DNA from: an uncultured bacterium
GTDB taxonomy: Bacteria > Fidelibacterota > Marinisomatia > Marinisomatales > UBA1611
Direction of reading: 5' to 3'
Length of the DNA stretch: 64,000 nucleotides
Assembly (NCBI GenBank): GCA_965660855.1
Contig: CBFIBM010000004.1
Coordinates: 32,001-96,000, forward strand
How positions within the stretch are numbered: position 1 is the stretch's first letter; every line of letters starts with the position of its first letter. The notes under the pieces are model-generated. The model did no database searches. It was given only the letters and a program-made list of their open reading frames with translations, and was not told the DNA's origin. This document shows positions 10,576-21,237 of the stretch, piece after piece. The position numbers and the translations under genes are program-made.

Positions 10576-11799
10576 ATGGATAATCTTTCAGGACTTTTAG
10601 GTATATTAGTTATCTTGGGATTAGCAATCCTTCTATCTGTAAAAAGAAAAAAAATTAAAATTAAAATTATTATATGGGGGTTAAGTCTACAGCTTTTTTT
10701 CTCATTAATTATTTTAAAAGTACCTTTTATTAAAAATCAATTCTTATATGTTGATTTATTTTTTAAAAAATTAATCAGTTTTTCTGATGCTGGTAGTAAT
10801 TTTTTATTTGAGTCATTTATTCCTGAAATTGGATATCATGGTGCTCTAGTGAATTTTGCTTTTAGAGCACTTCCAGTTATTATATTTTTTTCTAGCCTGG
10901 TCTCTATGCTTTATCATTTAGGATTAACCCAAATAGTAATTCAATTTTTTTCTAAAATTATGCAAAAAACAATGAAAACTAGTGCTCCTGAAACATTAAG
11001 CGTCTCAGCAAATATATTTATTGGGCAAACTGAAGCTCCCATTTTAGTACGTCCTTACATAGCTAAAATGACTAGTTCAGAATTAGGAACAATAATGACA
11101 GGTGGCTTTGCAACAGCAGCAGGTTCTGTATTAGCTCTTTATGTCCTTTGGCTAGAATCTATACCGGGAATAGCAGGGCATTTATTAGCCGCAAGTATTA
11201 TGAGTGCTCCAGCCTCAATAGTCATTTCAAAGATAATTTTTCCAGAATTTGATAAACCATTATTCTTAGATGATATTAATCTTAATGAATTAAAAAAAGA
11301 TGAAAACATTATAGATGCTATTGTAAGAGGAGCATCAGATGGGTTAAAGTTAGCAGCTAATGTTGGTGCAATGTTAATCGCATTTGTTTCAATGATTGCT
11401 ATGATTAACTATATTTTTAGTTTTATGTTTAATCAAACTCTGCAACAAACTTTGGGTCTAATATTGAGTCCTCTAGCTTGGAGTATGGGAATCCCATGGG
11501 AAGAAGCAAATATTGTTGGAACATTAATGTCTGAAAAAATAGTACTGACTGAATTAATTGCATATTCAAACCTTAGCCAAATTATTAAAAGCGAATTAAT
11601 TTCAGAGAGGTCTGCAATAATCTCTAGCTATGCATTATGTGGATTTGCTAATTTTAGCTCAATTGGAATCCAATTAGGAGGTCTAACTACTATTGCTCCC
11701 AAGAGAAAAAAAGATTTATCTAAAATAGTATTTAGAGCAATGATCGGCGGTGCTCTAGCCTCTTTTTTGACAGCAACTTTAGCAGGAATTTTAATTTAA
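10576..11799 (+). CDS. nupC: CNT family Na+/nucleoside cotransporter
   Basis: ANIFIGQTEAP, GGFAT, YALCGFANFSSIGI. Confidence 0.95.
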   Translation: MDNLSGLLGILVILGLAILLSVKRKKIKIKIIIWGLSLQLFFSLIILKVPFIKNQFLYVDLFFKKLISFSDAGSNFLFESFIPEIGYHGALVNFAFRALPVIIFFSSLVSMLYHLGLTQIVIQFFSKIMQKTMKTSAPETLSVSANIFIGQTEAPILVRPYIAKMTSSELGTIMTGGFATAAGSVLALYVLWLESIPGIAGHLLAASIMSAPASIVISKIIFPEFDKPLFLDDINLNELKKDENIIDAIVRGASDGLKLAANVGAMLIAFVSMIAMINYIFSFMFNQTLQQTLGLILSPLAWSMGIPWEEANIVGTLMSEKIVLTELIAYSNLSQIIKSELISERSAIISSYALCGFANFSSIGIQLGGLTTIAPKRKKDLSKIVFRAMIGGALASFLTATLAGILI

Positions 11800-11811
11800 T
11801 ATGAGAAAAAA

Positions 11812-12372
11812 ATGAAATTATTAATAATGGGTCCTCCAGGGGTTGGAAAAGGTACTCAGGCAGCATTACTAAAAAAAAGTTTGGATATAATTCACCTTTC
11901 TACTGGTGATATTTTAAGAGATGAAATTAAAAAAAATTCTATAATTGGTCTTAAAGCACAAACCTTTATGAATGAAGGTAAATTAGTACCCGATAAAATT
12001 CTATTAGATATTATTGCTGAACGTATTATCCAAAAAGATTGTGAAAATGGATTCTTATTGGACGGATTTCCAAGAACCTTAAAACAAGCAATTGGTTTGG
12101 ATAAAATTCTAGAATCAATTAATCAATTATTAGATTTTGCAATTAGTTTAACAGCAAATGAAGAAGAATTAATCACTAGACTTATTAATAGAGGTGCTGA
12201 GTTAGGTCGAAGTGATGATACACCCGAAGTTATAAGGAATAGGCAAAAAATTTACTGGGAAAACACTGCTCCCTTATTAGATTTTTACAAAGATAAATAT
12301 ATTCTGAAAGAAGTGGATGGATTAGGAGACATAGAGATCATTACAAACCGAATACTTAAAAGTATCAAATAA
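11812..12372 (+). CDS. adk: Adenylate kinase (short LID type)
   Basis: GPPGVGKGTQ, HLSTGD, LDGFPR, GRSDD. Confidence 0.96.
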   Translation: MKLLIMGPPGVGKGTQAALLKKSLDIIHLSTGDILRDEIKKNSIIGLKAQTFMNEGKLVPDKILLDIIAERIIQKDCENGFLLDGFPRTLKQAIGLDKILESINQLLDFAISLTANEEELITRLINRGAELGRSDDTPEVIRNRQKIYWENTAPLLDFYKDKYILKEVDGLGDIEIITNRILKSIK

Positions 12373-12373
12373 A

Positions 12374-12967
12374 ATGCTAAAAATTGGATTAACTGGAGGA
12401 ATAGGTTCAGGAAAAAGCTCTGTTAGCGCAATTTTAAAATCTTGGGGTGCATATGTTTTTGATGCAGATAAAATAGCAAAAAGCATACTCAATGAAAATG
12501 AAAGTGCTCAGAATGAAGTAATAACTGAATTTGGTACGGATGTATTAGGTGCAGACGGAAAAATTGACAAAACAAAACTTTCAAGGGTTGTATTCCATGA
12601 TGAAGACCATCAGATAAAGCTAAATGCAATTATTCACCCATATGTATTCTCTGAAATTGATAAAGAATTTGAGACAGTCTTAAATAAAGGGAAACATGAT
12701 ATTTTTGTTGTTGATGCAGCTTTGATTTATGAATCTGGAGCTGATACACATATGGATTATGTATTAGTGGTAACTTCTCACTTGGGTTTAAGAATTGAAA
12801 GAGCTTTATCCAAAGGAGATTTAAGTAGAGAAGAGTTCTTGAAGCGTGCAGACCTACAATGGCCAGATGAAGATAAAATACACTTAGCTGATTTTGTTAT
12901 TCAAAATAACGGATCTGAAGAAGACTTATTGAATGAAACAAAAAAAACATACGACTTATTAACTTAA
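12374..12967 (+). CDS. coaE: Dephospho-CoA kinase
   Basis: IGLTGGIGSGKS, DAD, LNAIIHP. Confidence 0.95.
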   Translation: MLKIGLTGGIGSGKSSVSAILKSWGAYVFDADKIAKSILNENESAQNEVITEFGTDVLGADGKIDKTKLSRVVFHDEDHQIKLNAIIHPYVFSEIDKEFETVLNKGKHDIFVVDAALIYESGADTHMDYVLVVTSHLGLRIERALSKGDLSREEFLKRADLQWPDEDKIHLADFVIQNNGSEEDLLNETKKTYDLLT

Positions 12968-12969
12968 CT

Positions 12970-13464
12970 TTACTTTTTAAGAGCGATAGGTTTATCTAGT
13001 ATTTCTTTCAATACGAAGGCTCTCTTTATGCTATTTGATGAACTAAACAACTTCTTCTTAAGACTTTTCTTGTTATTCCATTTATTACCTAGGTGTAATT
13101 CTTTTCTGTCAGCTAAGTCTGAATGGTAGATTTTATCTTCAAAATTCTCTTTTTTGTTTAATTCAATACTTGTCTCAGATTTATCTAGATTAAGCTCTTC
13201 TTCAATTAATTCATTTTTAACTTCTTTATTTAGAACCTCAAAATCGTCTGTAATTTGTTCCGAATCTATTGATTGTTCTTCAAACGTATCCAATGTTTCT
13301 TTTTGATTAAAAAGGTTTAATAGAAGATCATCTATGCCTTCTTCTTTCTTTGGGGTATCCCAGTCTGAATCAGATTCTATTTCACGATTCTTTTGATCTT
13401 TTTTCCTTTTATTTAAATAACCAGATATAAGATATAAAAATAATAAACCAACGCTTTCCCACAT
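12970..13464 (-). CDS. Hypothetical membrane-anchored protein, YqfB-like C-terminus
   Basis: N-terminal hydrophobic anchor, acidic middle, C-terminal AFVLKEILDKPIAL resembling the EIL.PP.A tail of floA-operon partners. Confidence 0.6.
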   Translation of the reverse strand: MWESVGLLFLYLISGYLNKRKKDQKNREIESDSDWDTPKKEEGIDDLLLNLFNQKETLDTFEEQSIDSEQITDDFEVLNKEVKNELIEEELNLDKSETSIELNKKENFEDKIYHSDLADRKELHLGNKWNNKKSLKKKLFSSSNSIKRAFVLKEILDKPIALKK

Positions 13465-14240
13465 TATTTATTTGGCCTCTCTATCAGAAATAATATTCCA
13501 TTGCATAATATTTCGTTAATTAACGGCACCCAGTGAAAAGGATTTTTTATTTTAGGTAGATTAAAACGATAAGAATATGCAGGCCTGAGCAGCCAATTAC
13601 TTTCCTTGATAATATTAAAACCTGTTTTACTTAATATTCGTTTCATTTCTTTAATTGAAACCCTTGTCTTCTTTGTCTCAATAAGGTATTCAATTTTTTT
13701 TTGTGGGCAATTAATTAGCTTTAAATAATTCACATATAAGAAATTAGGAAAGATGTGCAAATATGGAAGTTTTCCTAAAATATTTGGTATAGTCTGCTGA
13801 TGCCCTGCATAAGCACAATATTTAGGAGGATACGACATGAAAAGTTTTCCTTTTTTTTTCAATAATTTAAAAATATTTTTCAATGCTAGTTCCTTATTAG
13901 GAATATGTTCAATTACATCTCTTAAAATAATTATATCAAATTTTATGGGTATTTCATTTTTGTATGATTCTGAATTACAAATATTTGCTTGAAAAATATT
14001 AATAGAATTATTTTTATTCAGCTCCAATGCATTCCCAAAACGAATATCAGAAAGCTCTATTCCATGACAATTAGCACCCTTATTTGTAAAATATTTTAAA
14101 AGTCCTGCTTCTGCACAACCAACTTCTAAAATCTTTTTCCCATATAAATCTTTTTCTTCTAAAAATGAATGTAAAAAATTTTTCCCATACCATTCCTGCT
14201 CACTATAGCACCTAAGACATCTATCCGAAATTTTATCCAC
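13464..14240 (-). CDS. Class I SAM-dependent methyltransferase
   Basis: ILEVGCAEAG, FDIIILRDVIEH, LLKKKG; GTG start. Confidence 0.88.
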   Translation of the reverse strand: MDKISDRCLRCYSEQEWYGKNFLHSFLEEKDLYGKKILEVGCAEAGLLKYFTNKGANCHGIELSDIRFGNALELNKNNSINIFQANICNSESYKNEIPIKFDIIILRDVIEHIPNKELALKNIFKLLKKKGKLFMSYPPKYCAYAGHQQTIPNILGKLPYLHIFPNFLYVNYLKLINCPQKKIEYLIETKKTRVSIKEMKRILSKTGFNIIKESNWLLRPAYSYRFNLPKIKNPFHWVPLINEILCNGILFLIERPNK

Positions 14241-14281
14241 AACGATGCTTTATGTATCTTATTCTAATTGTACATAAATTA

Positions 14282-15289
14282 TTAATTTTCGTTGGAATCG
14301 CCGCTAGCATCAGCAGAACTAGTATCAGAGATTGCATCTCTCATTATTGTATCTGATTTTATATTTTCCATTTTATAATAATCCATAATCCCCAAATTAC
14401 CATCTCTAAATGCTTGAGCCATTGCTTTAGGAACTGTTGCTTCAGATTCAACGACTTTAGCTCTCATCTCTTGTGTTTTAGCAGTCATCTCTTGCTCTTC
14501 TGCAACTGCCATTGCTCTTCGAGTTTCTGCTTTTGCTTGAGCAACTCTTAAATCCGCTTCTGCTTGATCAGCTTGTAAAGAAGCGCCAATATTTTTCCCA
14601 ACATCTAAATCCGCAATATCAATTGATAAAATTTCAAATGCGGTTCCCGCATCAAGCCCTTTGTCTAGAACAGCGCGTGAAATATTGTCTGGATTTTCTA
14701 GAACCTGAGAATAATTTTTAGCAGAACCAATGGCTGAAACAATGCCTTCACCAACTCTTGCAATAATCGTATCATCTGTTGCACCTCCAACTAAGCCAGG
14801 TAAGTTCGTTCTAACAGTAACTCTCGCTCTGGCTTTTAGCTCAATTCCATCTTTTGCAACCGCTGCTAAATAACCTTCTTTAGGAGCATTGATAACTTTA
14901 GGATATACAGATGTCTGGACTGCATTTAAAACATCGCGCCCAGCTAAATCAATAGCTGTAGCTGTTTCAAATTTTAAAGCTATATCGGCTTTGTCAGCAG
15001 CAATAAGAGCTGAGACGATATTCTGAACATTCCCACCTGCTAGGTAATGTGTTTCTAACATATCTGTAGAGATATCCTGTAGGCCTGCTTTATGAAGATT
15101 TATAACTCCATCAGTTACCAACCTAGGTGATATTTTTCGTAGTCGCATTCTAATTAAATCCACAATTCTAATTCTTCCTATCCCAAGAGAGACTATACCT
15201 TGAATCCACATTCCAACTGGAACAAAATAAAAAACTGTTAGAGTCACAAAAACAATTACTCCAAGCATAAACATTTGTATAAACGGCAT
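14282..15289 (-). CDS. floA: Flotillin-like protein FloA (YqfA, UPF0365)
   Basis: [39 protein letters not shown]. Confidence 0.95.
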   Translation of the reverse strand: MPFIQMFMLGVIVFVTLTVFYFVPVGMWIQGIVSLGIGRIRIVDLIRMRLRKISPRLVTDGVINLHKAGLQDISTDMLETHYLAGGNVQNIVSALIAADKADIALKFETATAIDLAGRDVLNAVQTSVYPKVINAPKEGYLAAVAKDGIELKARARVTVRTNLPGLVGGATDDTIIARVGEGIVSAIGSAKNYSQVLENPDNISRAVLDKGLDAGTAFEILSIDIADLDVGKNIGASLQADQAEADLRVAQAKAETRRAMAVAEEQEMTAKTQEMRAKVVESEATVPKAMAQAFRDGNLGIMDYYKMENIKSDTIMRDAISDTSSADASGDSNEN

Positions 15290-15308
15290 AATTAATTCCT
15301 CATTTTAT

Positions 15309-16649
15309 TTATAGTTTTCTCACTAATATTCTATTTCCATCGACTGATAAAATTTTAACTTTTTCTCCTTTATCAATAAAACCACCTTCACTAACAACAA
15401 AAACACGATTTTTTTCCACATTTACCCATCCTGAAGGATTTAAATCGGTATCAGTTTTACCAATTTCATTAACTAAGGTCTCCCAACCAAATGAGTTTGT
15501 GAAACCATCTTCTTTTTTTTGGGATCCTGGAGCTGTTAATTGCTTCCAAAATTTTGTTTTTATCATAACTTTTAATAATAAATATATTCCAACTAACGCT
15601 CCCAGAAGACCTATTGTAAAACCATCCATGGCACTACCTAAAACTTCTTCACTTACAGGGACATCAGGAATCAAAAGTAAATATAAACCATATATGATGA
15701 CACCTAATCCAGAAACACCAACAATGCCAAAACCCGGTATAACAAAAGCCTCAAGCATTATTAGTGCAAAACCCGTAATAATTAAGAGCATATCGGACAT
15801 AGTTGCTAATTGAGCTATATATGAGGCACTTAAAGATAAAATTAAGCAAACTATACCGACAAAACCTGGGATACCCCATCCTGGACTCTGAAGCTCAAAG
15901 AGTATACCTAAAAAACCAAATGTTGTTAATAGCGAAGCAACAACGGGGTTGGTTAAAAAGCGTACTAAGTTTTCCGACCAATTTTCAATATTTTGTCTCA
16001 CTTTATATTTTGAATAATCTAACTTAATTATTAAGTCATTAAATGTTTCTGCTTTCCCATCAGAAATTTTATACTTTAATGCTTGTTCAGTCGTCAAAGA
16101 AATCAACTTTCCATCTTTTCTTCCTTCGATATCATTCACCGCAATTGAATCACTATTTATTACTAAATGTGTAAACTTCAATTCTTCATCAACCATGCCT
16201 CTGGCAATTTCAGCATTCCTTCCTCTTTTTTCCGCAGTTGAGGCCATTTCCTCTCGCATAAAACTAATTACTTTCTCGCTACCTTTTTTACCAGACATAT
16301 CGACTGCAGTAGCTGCACCAATAAGGCCACCTTCAGTCATATATATTTTTTCGCAAGATAGTGATATTAGTGCGCCTGCCGAAATAGCTCTTCTATTAAT
16401 AAAGGCTATCGTCGTAATTTTAGAGCTCAAAATTGCATCTTTAATTTGTGTTGCAGCATCTACTCTTCCTCCAAAGGTGTTTATTTCAAAAATTATTGCT
16501 TCTGCATTTTCTGATTCAGCTTGAGATATTACACGTTTAATAAAAGGAGGTAGTCCTAAATCAATCGTTCCTTCAATTGGAACTTTGTAAATAATTTCGG
16601 ATACTAATGATGATATTAATAATAAAAATATAAAAACTGGTTTTTTCAT
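15309..16649 (-). CDS. nfeD: NfeD family membrane-bound serine protease (ClpP-like; YqeZ type)
   Basis: INTFGG, AISAGALI, transmembrane block, C-terminal OB-fold NfeD domain; directly upstream of floA. Confidence 0.92.
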   Translation of the reverse strand: MKKPVFIFLLLISSLVSEIIYKVPIEGTIDLGLPPFIKRVISQAESENAEAIIFEINTFGGRVDAATQIKDAILSSKITTIAFINRRAISAGALISLSCEKIYMTEGGLIGAATAVDMSGKKGSEKVISFMREEMASTAEKRGRNAEIARGMVDEELKFTHLVINSDSIAVNDIEGRKDGKLISLTTEQALKYKISDGKAETFNDLIIKLDYSKYKVRQNIENWSENLVRFLTNPVVASLLTTFGFLGILFELQSPGWGIPGFVGIVCLILSLSASYIAQLATMSDMLLIITGFALIMLEAFVIPGFGIVGVSGLGVIIYGLYLLLIPDVPVSEEVLGSAMDGFTIGLLGALVGIYLLLKVMIKTKFWKQLTAPGSQKKEDGFTNSFGWETLVNEIGKTDTDLNPSGWVNVEKNRVFVVSEGGFIDKGEKVKILSVDGNRILVRKL

Positions 16650-16734
16650 ACTATCAAATTTGAGGATAAAACATCTTTAGAAAAACAAAAATCGAATATA
16701 ATAAAACCCTTATAAATTGTAATTTATGTAGCTA

Positions 16735-17604
16735 ATGAAACCCAAACATCAATTTACATATTTTGTTCTTATTATTTTTAAAAAACTTATATCTAATTTG
16801 TCTGATAGAACGAGATATAAATTATCAACTTATATTGGTAAAATTCTTTTTCATATTTTTAAAGTGAGAAGGGGCGTAGCTGAAAATAATATAAAGAGAG
16901 CATTCCCATTGTGGAACAATGAAAAAATTAATAGAACATTAGAAAAGACTTATATTTTTTTCAGTAATAACCTCATCAATTTTATTGGGTTTCCATTTAC
17001 TTGGAAGAATTCAACCTTTAATGTAAGCGGGTCAAATTTTCTTGATAGTTCTTTTAAAAAAGGTAATGGAATAATAATGATTACCGGTCATTTTGGAGCA
17101 TGGGAAATACTTGGTAAATGGTTAGGTGATTATGCAAACCTATTTACTGGAGTTGCGTTTAAACAGAAAAACTTAGGGGCACATAAATTTTTCATAGAAC
17201 AAAGAGAGCTATCTAAGACACAACATATTTTTAAAAAAGAGTCCATTAAAAAAATGTATAGAGTTTTAGAGTTGAATGGAATACTTGGACTTGTGAGTGA
17301 TCAAGATGCTGGTAAAAAAGGCACTTTTGTAAATTTTTTTGGTAGTAAGGCATCAACTCCAAAAGGAGCTGCTTTATTTTTTCTGAATACAAAATCTCCA
17401 ATGATATTTGCATCATGTATTCAATTATCATTCCAAAATTATAAGATTGAATTTATTCCAATTGAAATCAAAAAGGAGTATCTCAATGATAAAGATGTTG
17501 AAAACATAACACAAACATATACTACGTTCCTTGAAAATTATATCAAGAAATATCCTGAACAATATTTTTGGTTTCATAAAAGATGGAAAACTAAAGAGTC
17601 CTAA
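16735..17604 (+). CDS. lpxL: Lipid A secondary acyltransferase (LpxL/HtrB family)
   Basis: HFGAWE, SDQD, FFG, PEQYFWFHKRWK. Confidence 0.85.
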   Translation: MKPKHQFTYFVLIIFKKLISNLSDRTRYKLSTYIGKILFHIFKVRRGVAENNIKRAFPLWNNEKINRTLEKTYIFFSNNLINFIGFPFTWKNSTFNVSGSNFLDSSFKKGNGIIMITGHFGAWEILGKWLGDYANLFTGVAFKQKNLGAHKFFIEQRELSKTQHIFKKESIKKMYRVLELNGILGLVSDQDAGKKGTFVNFFGSKASTPKGAALFFLNTKSPMIFASCIQLSFQNYKIEFIPIEIKKEYLNDKDVENITQTYTTFLENYIKKYPEQYFWFHKRWKTKES

Positions 17605-17607
17605 AAA

Positions 17608-18180
17608 ATGATTAAGAACCTTAATTATAAAAATAAAACAGCTTTGAAAAGAGCCTGTCAAATTCTAAAAGCAGGTGGCATAATTGTATATCCAACCGAT
17701 ACATTATATGGTTTTGGCTGTGATGCTAATAATAATGACTCGATAAAAAAAATAAATGAACTTAAAAATCGAATAGCTCCAATGAGCATCATTGTAAATT
17801 CAAAAAAAATGGTAAAACCATGGCTAAATGTTAAAACTTCTGCGAAAACTAAGATATTGGATATGCTTAGTGGAGGGGGTACTATAATTGTTCCAATTAA
17901 AGTTAATATTGTTTCTAATTTAATTTGCGGCCCAAATAACAGTCTAGGAATACGAATTCCAAATCATCCTTTCTGTAAAAAATTAACTCGTCTTTACCCT
18001 AACCCCATCACAACCACAAGCGTAAATCGCACCAAAACACCTCCTATGACTGACCCATTTAAAATTTATGAAGAATTTTCAAATAGCGTTGATCTCATAA
18101 TCGAAGACGGAATAATTAAGGGTAAAGGCTCTACTATTAATCTGTATAAAGGCGATAGCACTTGGGAAAAAATTAGATGA
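17608..18180 (+). CDS. tsaC: Threonylcarbamoyl-AMP synthase (Sua5/YrdC)
   Basis: YPTDTLYG, KNR, GIRIPNHP, TTSVN. Confidence 0.92.
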   Translation: MIKNLNYKNKTALKRACQILKAGGIIVYPTDTLYGFGCDANNNDSIKKINELKNRIAPMSIIVNSKKMVKPWLNVKTSAKTKILDMLSGGGTIIVPIKVNIVSNLICGPNNSLGIRIPNHPFCKKLTRLYPNPITTTSVNRTKTPPMTDPFKIYEEFSNSVDLIIEDGIIKGKGSTINLYKGDSTWEKIR

Positions 18181-18884
18181 GAAAAGTAATTATTGCGCTG
18201 CTATCCATGGTCCTTATATTCCCATTTAGTGGAAAACTAAACATTGGTGAAGTTTTAAAATATGAAGCATCTTTCTCAAATATAAATGCTGGAGAAGGAA
18301 GTTTAAAAGTTTTTGGAATTGAAAAAATCAGAGATAGCGAAACATACCACGTTCAGTTTAAAGCAAATACAAAAGGGCTTACAAATAAAATTTTTCCCAT
18401 AAGAGATGTAATTGATCTCTGGCTCGATAAAAAAAGTCTTCTTCCATTAAGAGTTAAGTCAAGTATTCGAGAAGGACGATATCGTAAGGAGGAAGATATT
18501 TATTTATTTCAAAAAGAGAACTATGCATTAAAGGATGATAAAAAAATTTTAATCAAAGAAAATACCCACTCCCCTTTCTCACTTTTTTATTTTTTTAGAA
18601 GTATAGATTTAAAAAATTTTGTTAAAAAAAATATAAATACCTTACAAGGAGATAAAGTTAAAACATTAAATGTGAATATTAAAAAGGATGTAAATATTTT
18701 TGTCCCAGCAGGAAATTTTAAATGTATCCGCGTTACGCCATCGCAAATAGAAGGGGAAAAATTTAAAAATGATGCAAAGATGGATATTTATTTTTCGGAT
18801 GATGTAAAATCATATCCAGTAAAAATTAAAATTAAATTAAACTTTGGATCTTTGATTCTTAAGCTGAAAGAAATATCTAATTAA
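18177..18884 (+). CDS. DUF3108-like exported protein
   Basis: GEVLKY, VPAGNFKC, YFSDD...PVKI pattern; signal peptide. Confidence 0.7.
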   Translation: MRKVIIALLSMVLIFPFSGKLNIGEVLKYEASFSNINAGEGSLKVFGIEKIRDSETYHVQFKANTKGLTNKIFPIRDVIDLWLDKKSLLPLRVKSSIREGRYRKEEDIYLFQKENYALKDDKKILIKENTHSPFSLFYFFRSIDLKNFVKKNINTLQGDKVKTLNVNIKKDVNIFVPAGNFKCIRVTPSQIEGEKFKNDAKMDIYFSDDVKSYPVKIKIKLNFGSLILKLKEISN

Positions 18885-20046
18885 ATAACCTCGTTATATC
18901 TGAAAATATAACTGTAAACATTAATATTAGAAGAAATGCCATCCCAATTTGCTGAATAACCATTTTTGTTTTGATTGTTAACGGCTTTCTTATAACTCCT
19001 TCAATTAAATGGATAAAGATATGACCACCGTCTAATCCGGGAATTGGTAAAATATTTAAAAAAGCTAAGTTTACACTTAATAAAGCCATAAAAGTAAAAT
19101 ATGGTATCAAACCTGCCTCAGCTGTCTGCCCTGCTAATTGGGCAATCATAATTGGTCCACCTAAATCTCGAACCGATGCAGAACCTGAAAATAACATCCC
19201 AATACTAGAAATAATCAAGTCAAAACTAGATATTGTTCTATCTATTCCAATTAGTATAGATGCGGTAAGGTCTATATTTTTATAATAAAATTCTGGTGAA
19301 ATTCCAATTATCCCAATGGTATCAATTACACCCTTTTGAGGGATTAAAGTGAATGAAGTTTTTAAACTAAAGTTTTTTGATTGTCCATCTCTATCAATTG
19401 TAATTTCTAAATTTTCTAGTGGCTTAGCATGGATAACAGTAGTCATATCTTCCCAAGTGGATATGTATGTATTGCCTATTTTTGTAATTCTATCTCCGGG
19501 TAAAATTCCTGCTTGTTCTGCCGGCATATTTTCTTGAAGTTGAAACACAACTGGATCTTTACTATATTCTGGAATTCCTTGAAAATATCCTATAGATGAA
19601 AAGATAAAAATGGCTAAAAGTATATTCATCAATACCCCAGCACTTAGAATCCAAATTTTTGCCCATAAGGGTTTGGACATAAATTCATCATCTTTACCAT
19701 AAATAGTTGCATCCATATTTTCATCAAGCATTCCAGCCATTTTTACATATCCGCCCAATGGTAATAATGCTATAACATATTCTGTATTTGTACCAATTCT
19801 ATTCCTTTTATTGAAAAAAGTTTCAAAAATAGGTGCCCACTTAAAGGAGTCCCCTACTCGTTTATAGAAGAAAAGTCTAAATAACCAGCCTTTGTTTTTT
19901 GAGGTGATAGTGAAGATTCGAGGTGGCATACCAATAGAAAACTTTTCTACATACACACCAACGGATCTTGCAGCAAGAAAATGACCCAACTCATGGATTG
20001 TAACAAGAATACCGAGTAGTATTATAAATGAAATTAAAGTTGTCAT
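18877..20046 (-). CDS. rseP: RIP metalloprotease RseP
   Basis: HELGH, PLGGYVKM, one PDZ domain, NILPIPGLDGG. Confidence 0.95.
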   Translation of the reverse strand: MTTLISFIILLGILVTIHELGHFLAARSVGVYVEKFSIGMPPRIFTITSKNKGWLFRLFFYKRVGDSFKWAPIFETFFNKRNRIGTNTEYVIALLPLGGYVKMAGMLDENMDATIYGKDDEFMSKPLWAKIWILSAGVLMNILLAIFIFSSIGYFQGIPEYSKDPVVFQLQENMPAEQAGILPGDRITKIGNTYISTWEDMTTVIHAKPLENLEITIDRDGQSKNFSLKTSFTLIPQKGVIDTIGIIGISPEFYYKNIDLTASILIGIDRTISSFDLIISSIGMLFSGSASVRDLGGPIMIAQLAGQTAEAGLIPYFTFMALLSVNLAFLNILPIPGLDGGHIFIHLIEGVIRKPLTIKTKMVIQQIGMAFLLILMFTVIFSDITRLFN

Positions 20047-20088
20047 ATAAGTAAAATTAATATCTTAAAATACATAAAATCCACTTAC

Positions 20089-21237
20089 CTATGAAAAACC
20101 TTTTACGTGTTCTTTTACCCATAATTCTAATTCTACTAAATTTTTTAAATCAGGTTTTTGTTCCCAATCATGTTTATCAAGACAAGATTTATTAATTTTA
20201 AAAATATCAGTGAATTTTATTTTATTTTTTAAAAATAAATCTACAGAATAATCATTTGCTAAGTTGAGTGCCGCACCAGCAGTCCCTTTCCTACGTAATG
20301 ATTGGAATGCTAATTCAATACAAGGGAATCTTTGAAAATCAGGTTTTTGAAATGTTAAATCTTGACATTCAAAAAAATTTAATCTTTCCCAAGGCGAGTC
20401 TACATGTCTTGGATACATCAAAGCATATTGAATAGGTACTTTCATATCTGGAACACCCATTTGCGCTTTTATTGATCCGTCTTTTAATTCTATCATTGAG
20501 TGCACAATCGATTGTGGATGGACAATAATTTTAATGTTTTCTAATTCAAAATTAAATAGCCAATATGCTTCTATTACCTCTAATCCTTTATTCATCATTG
20601 TTGCACTATCAATAGATATTTTTTTTCCCATATCCCAATTAGGGTGTTTAAGGGCCTCCTCAACTGAAATTTCAGAAAAAGTTGAAAGTTTTCTTTGTCT
20701 AAATGGCCCACCACTACCTGTTAAAATTAAATTTCTTACATCCTCTAGTTGCTCTCCCTGTAGACATTGCCAAATTGCAGAATGCTCGCTATCTACCGGA
20801 AAAAGTTCTGCTTCAGATTTCTCTAAAGCTTCTTTTATGATTTGTCCAGCCATTACTAAGCTTTCTTTATTTGAAAGTGCTACATTAACACCAGAATTTA
20901 TAGCATTTAGCGTGGGTCTCATTCCTGCCGAGCCAACTAAACCATTTAACATTATATCAACATTATCTCTAGATGCTATCTCTAAAAGACCTTCTCTTCC
21001 TTTAAATACCTTAATTGAAGTGTTACTTAAATAGGATTTTACTTCATCATATTTAAGTTCATTTGAAATACATACTGCTTGAGGTCTAAACTTTAAAGCT
21101 TGTTCAATTAAAAGGTCTGAATTGTTGTTTGCAGTCAGGTAAACTACTTCAATGCTATCTTTAAGATGAGAAATCACTTTCAGTGAAGAAACTCCAATAG
21201 ACCCTGTTGATCCAAGTAATGATATCCTTTTTAACAT
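20089..21237 (-). CDS. dxr: 1-deoxy-D-xylulose-5-phosphate reductoisomerase
   Basis: LGSTGSIG, NKESLV, PVDSEHSA, HPNWDMGKKISIDSATMMNKGLE. Confidence 0.98.
   Translation of the reverse strand: MLKRISLLGSTGSIGVSSLKVISHLKDSIEVVYLTANNNSDLLIEQALKFRPQAVCISNELKYDEVKSYLSNTSIKVFKGREGLLEIASRDNVDIMLNGLVGSAGMRPTLNAINSGVNVALSNKESLVMAGQIIKEALEKSEAELFPVDSEHSAIWQCLQGEQLEDVRNLILTGSGGPFRQRKLSTFSEISVEEALKHPNWDMGKKISIDSATMMNKGLEVIEAYWLFNFELENIKIIVHPQSIVHSMIELKDGSIKAQMGVPDMKVPIQYALMYPRHVDSPWERLNFFECQDLTFQKPDFQRFPCIELAFQSLRRKGTAGAALNLANDYSVDLFLKNKIKFTDIFKINKSCLDKHDWEQKPDLKNLVELELWVKEHVKGFS

Noticed and set aside
14233..14241. Perfect DnaA box TTATCCACA (another, reversed, at 32609-32617)
   Set aside because: Isolated single boxes within or overlapping coding sequence, with no cluster; not an origin.
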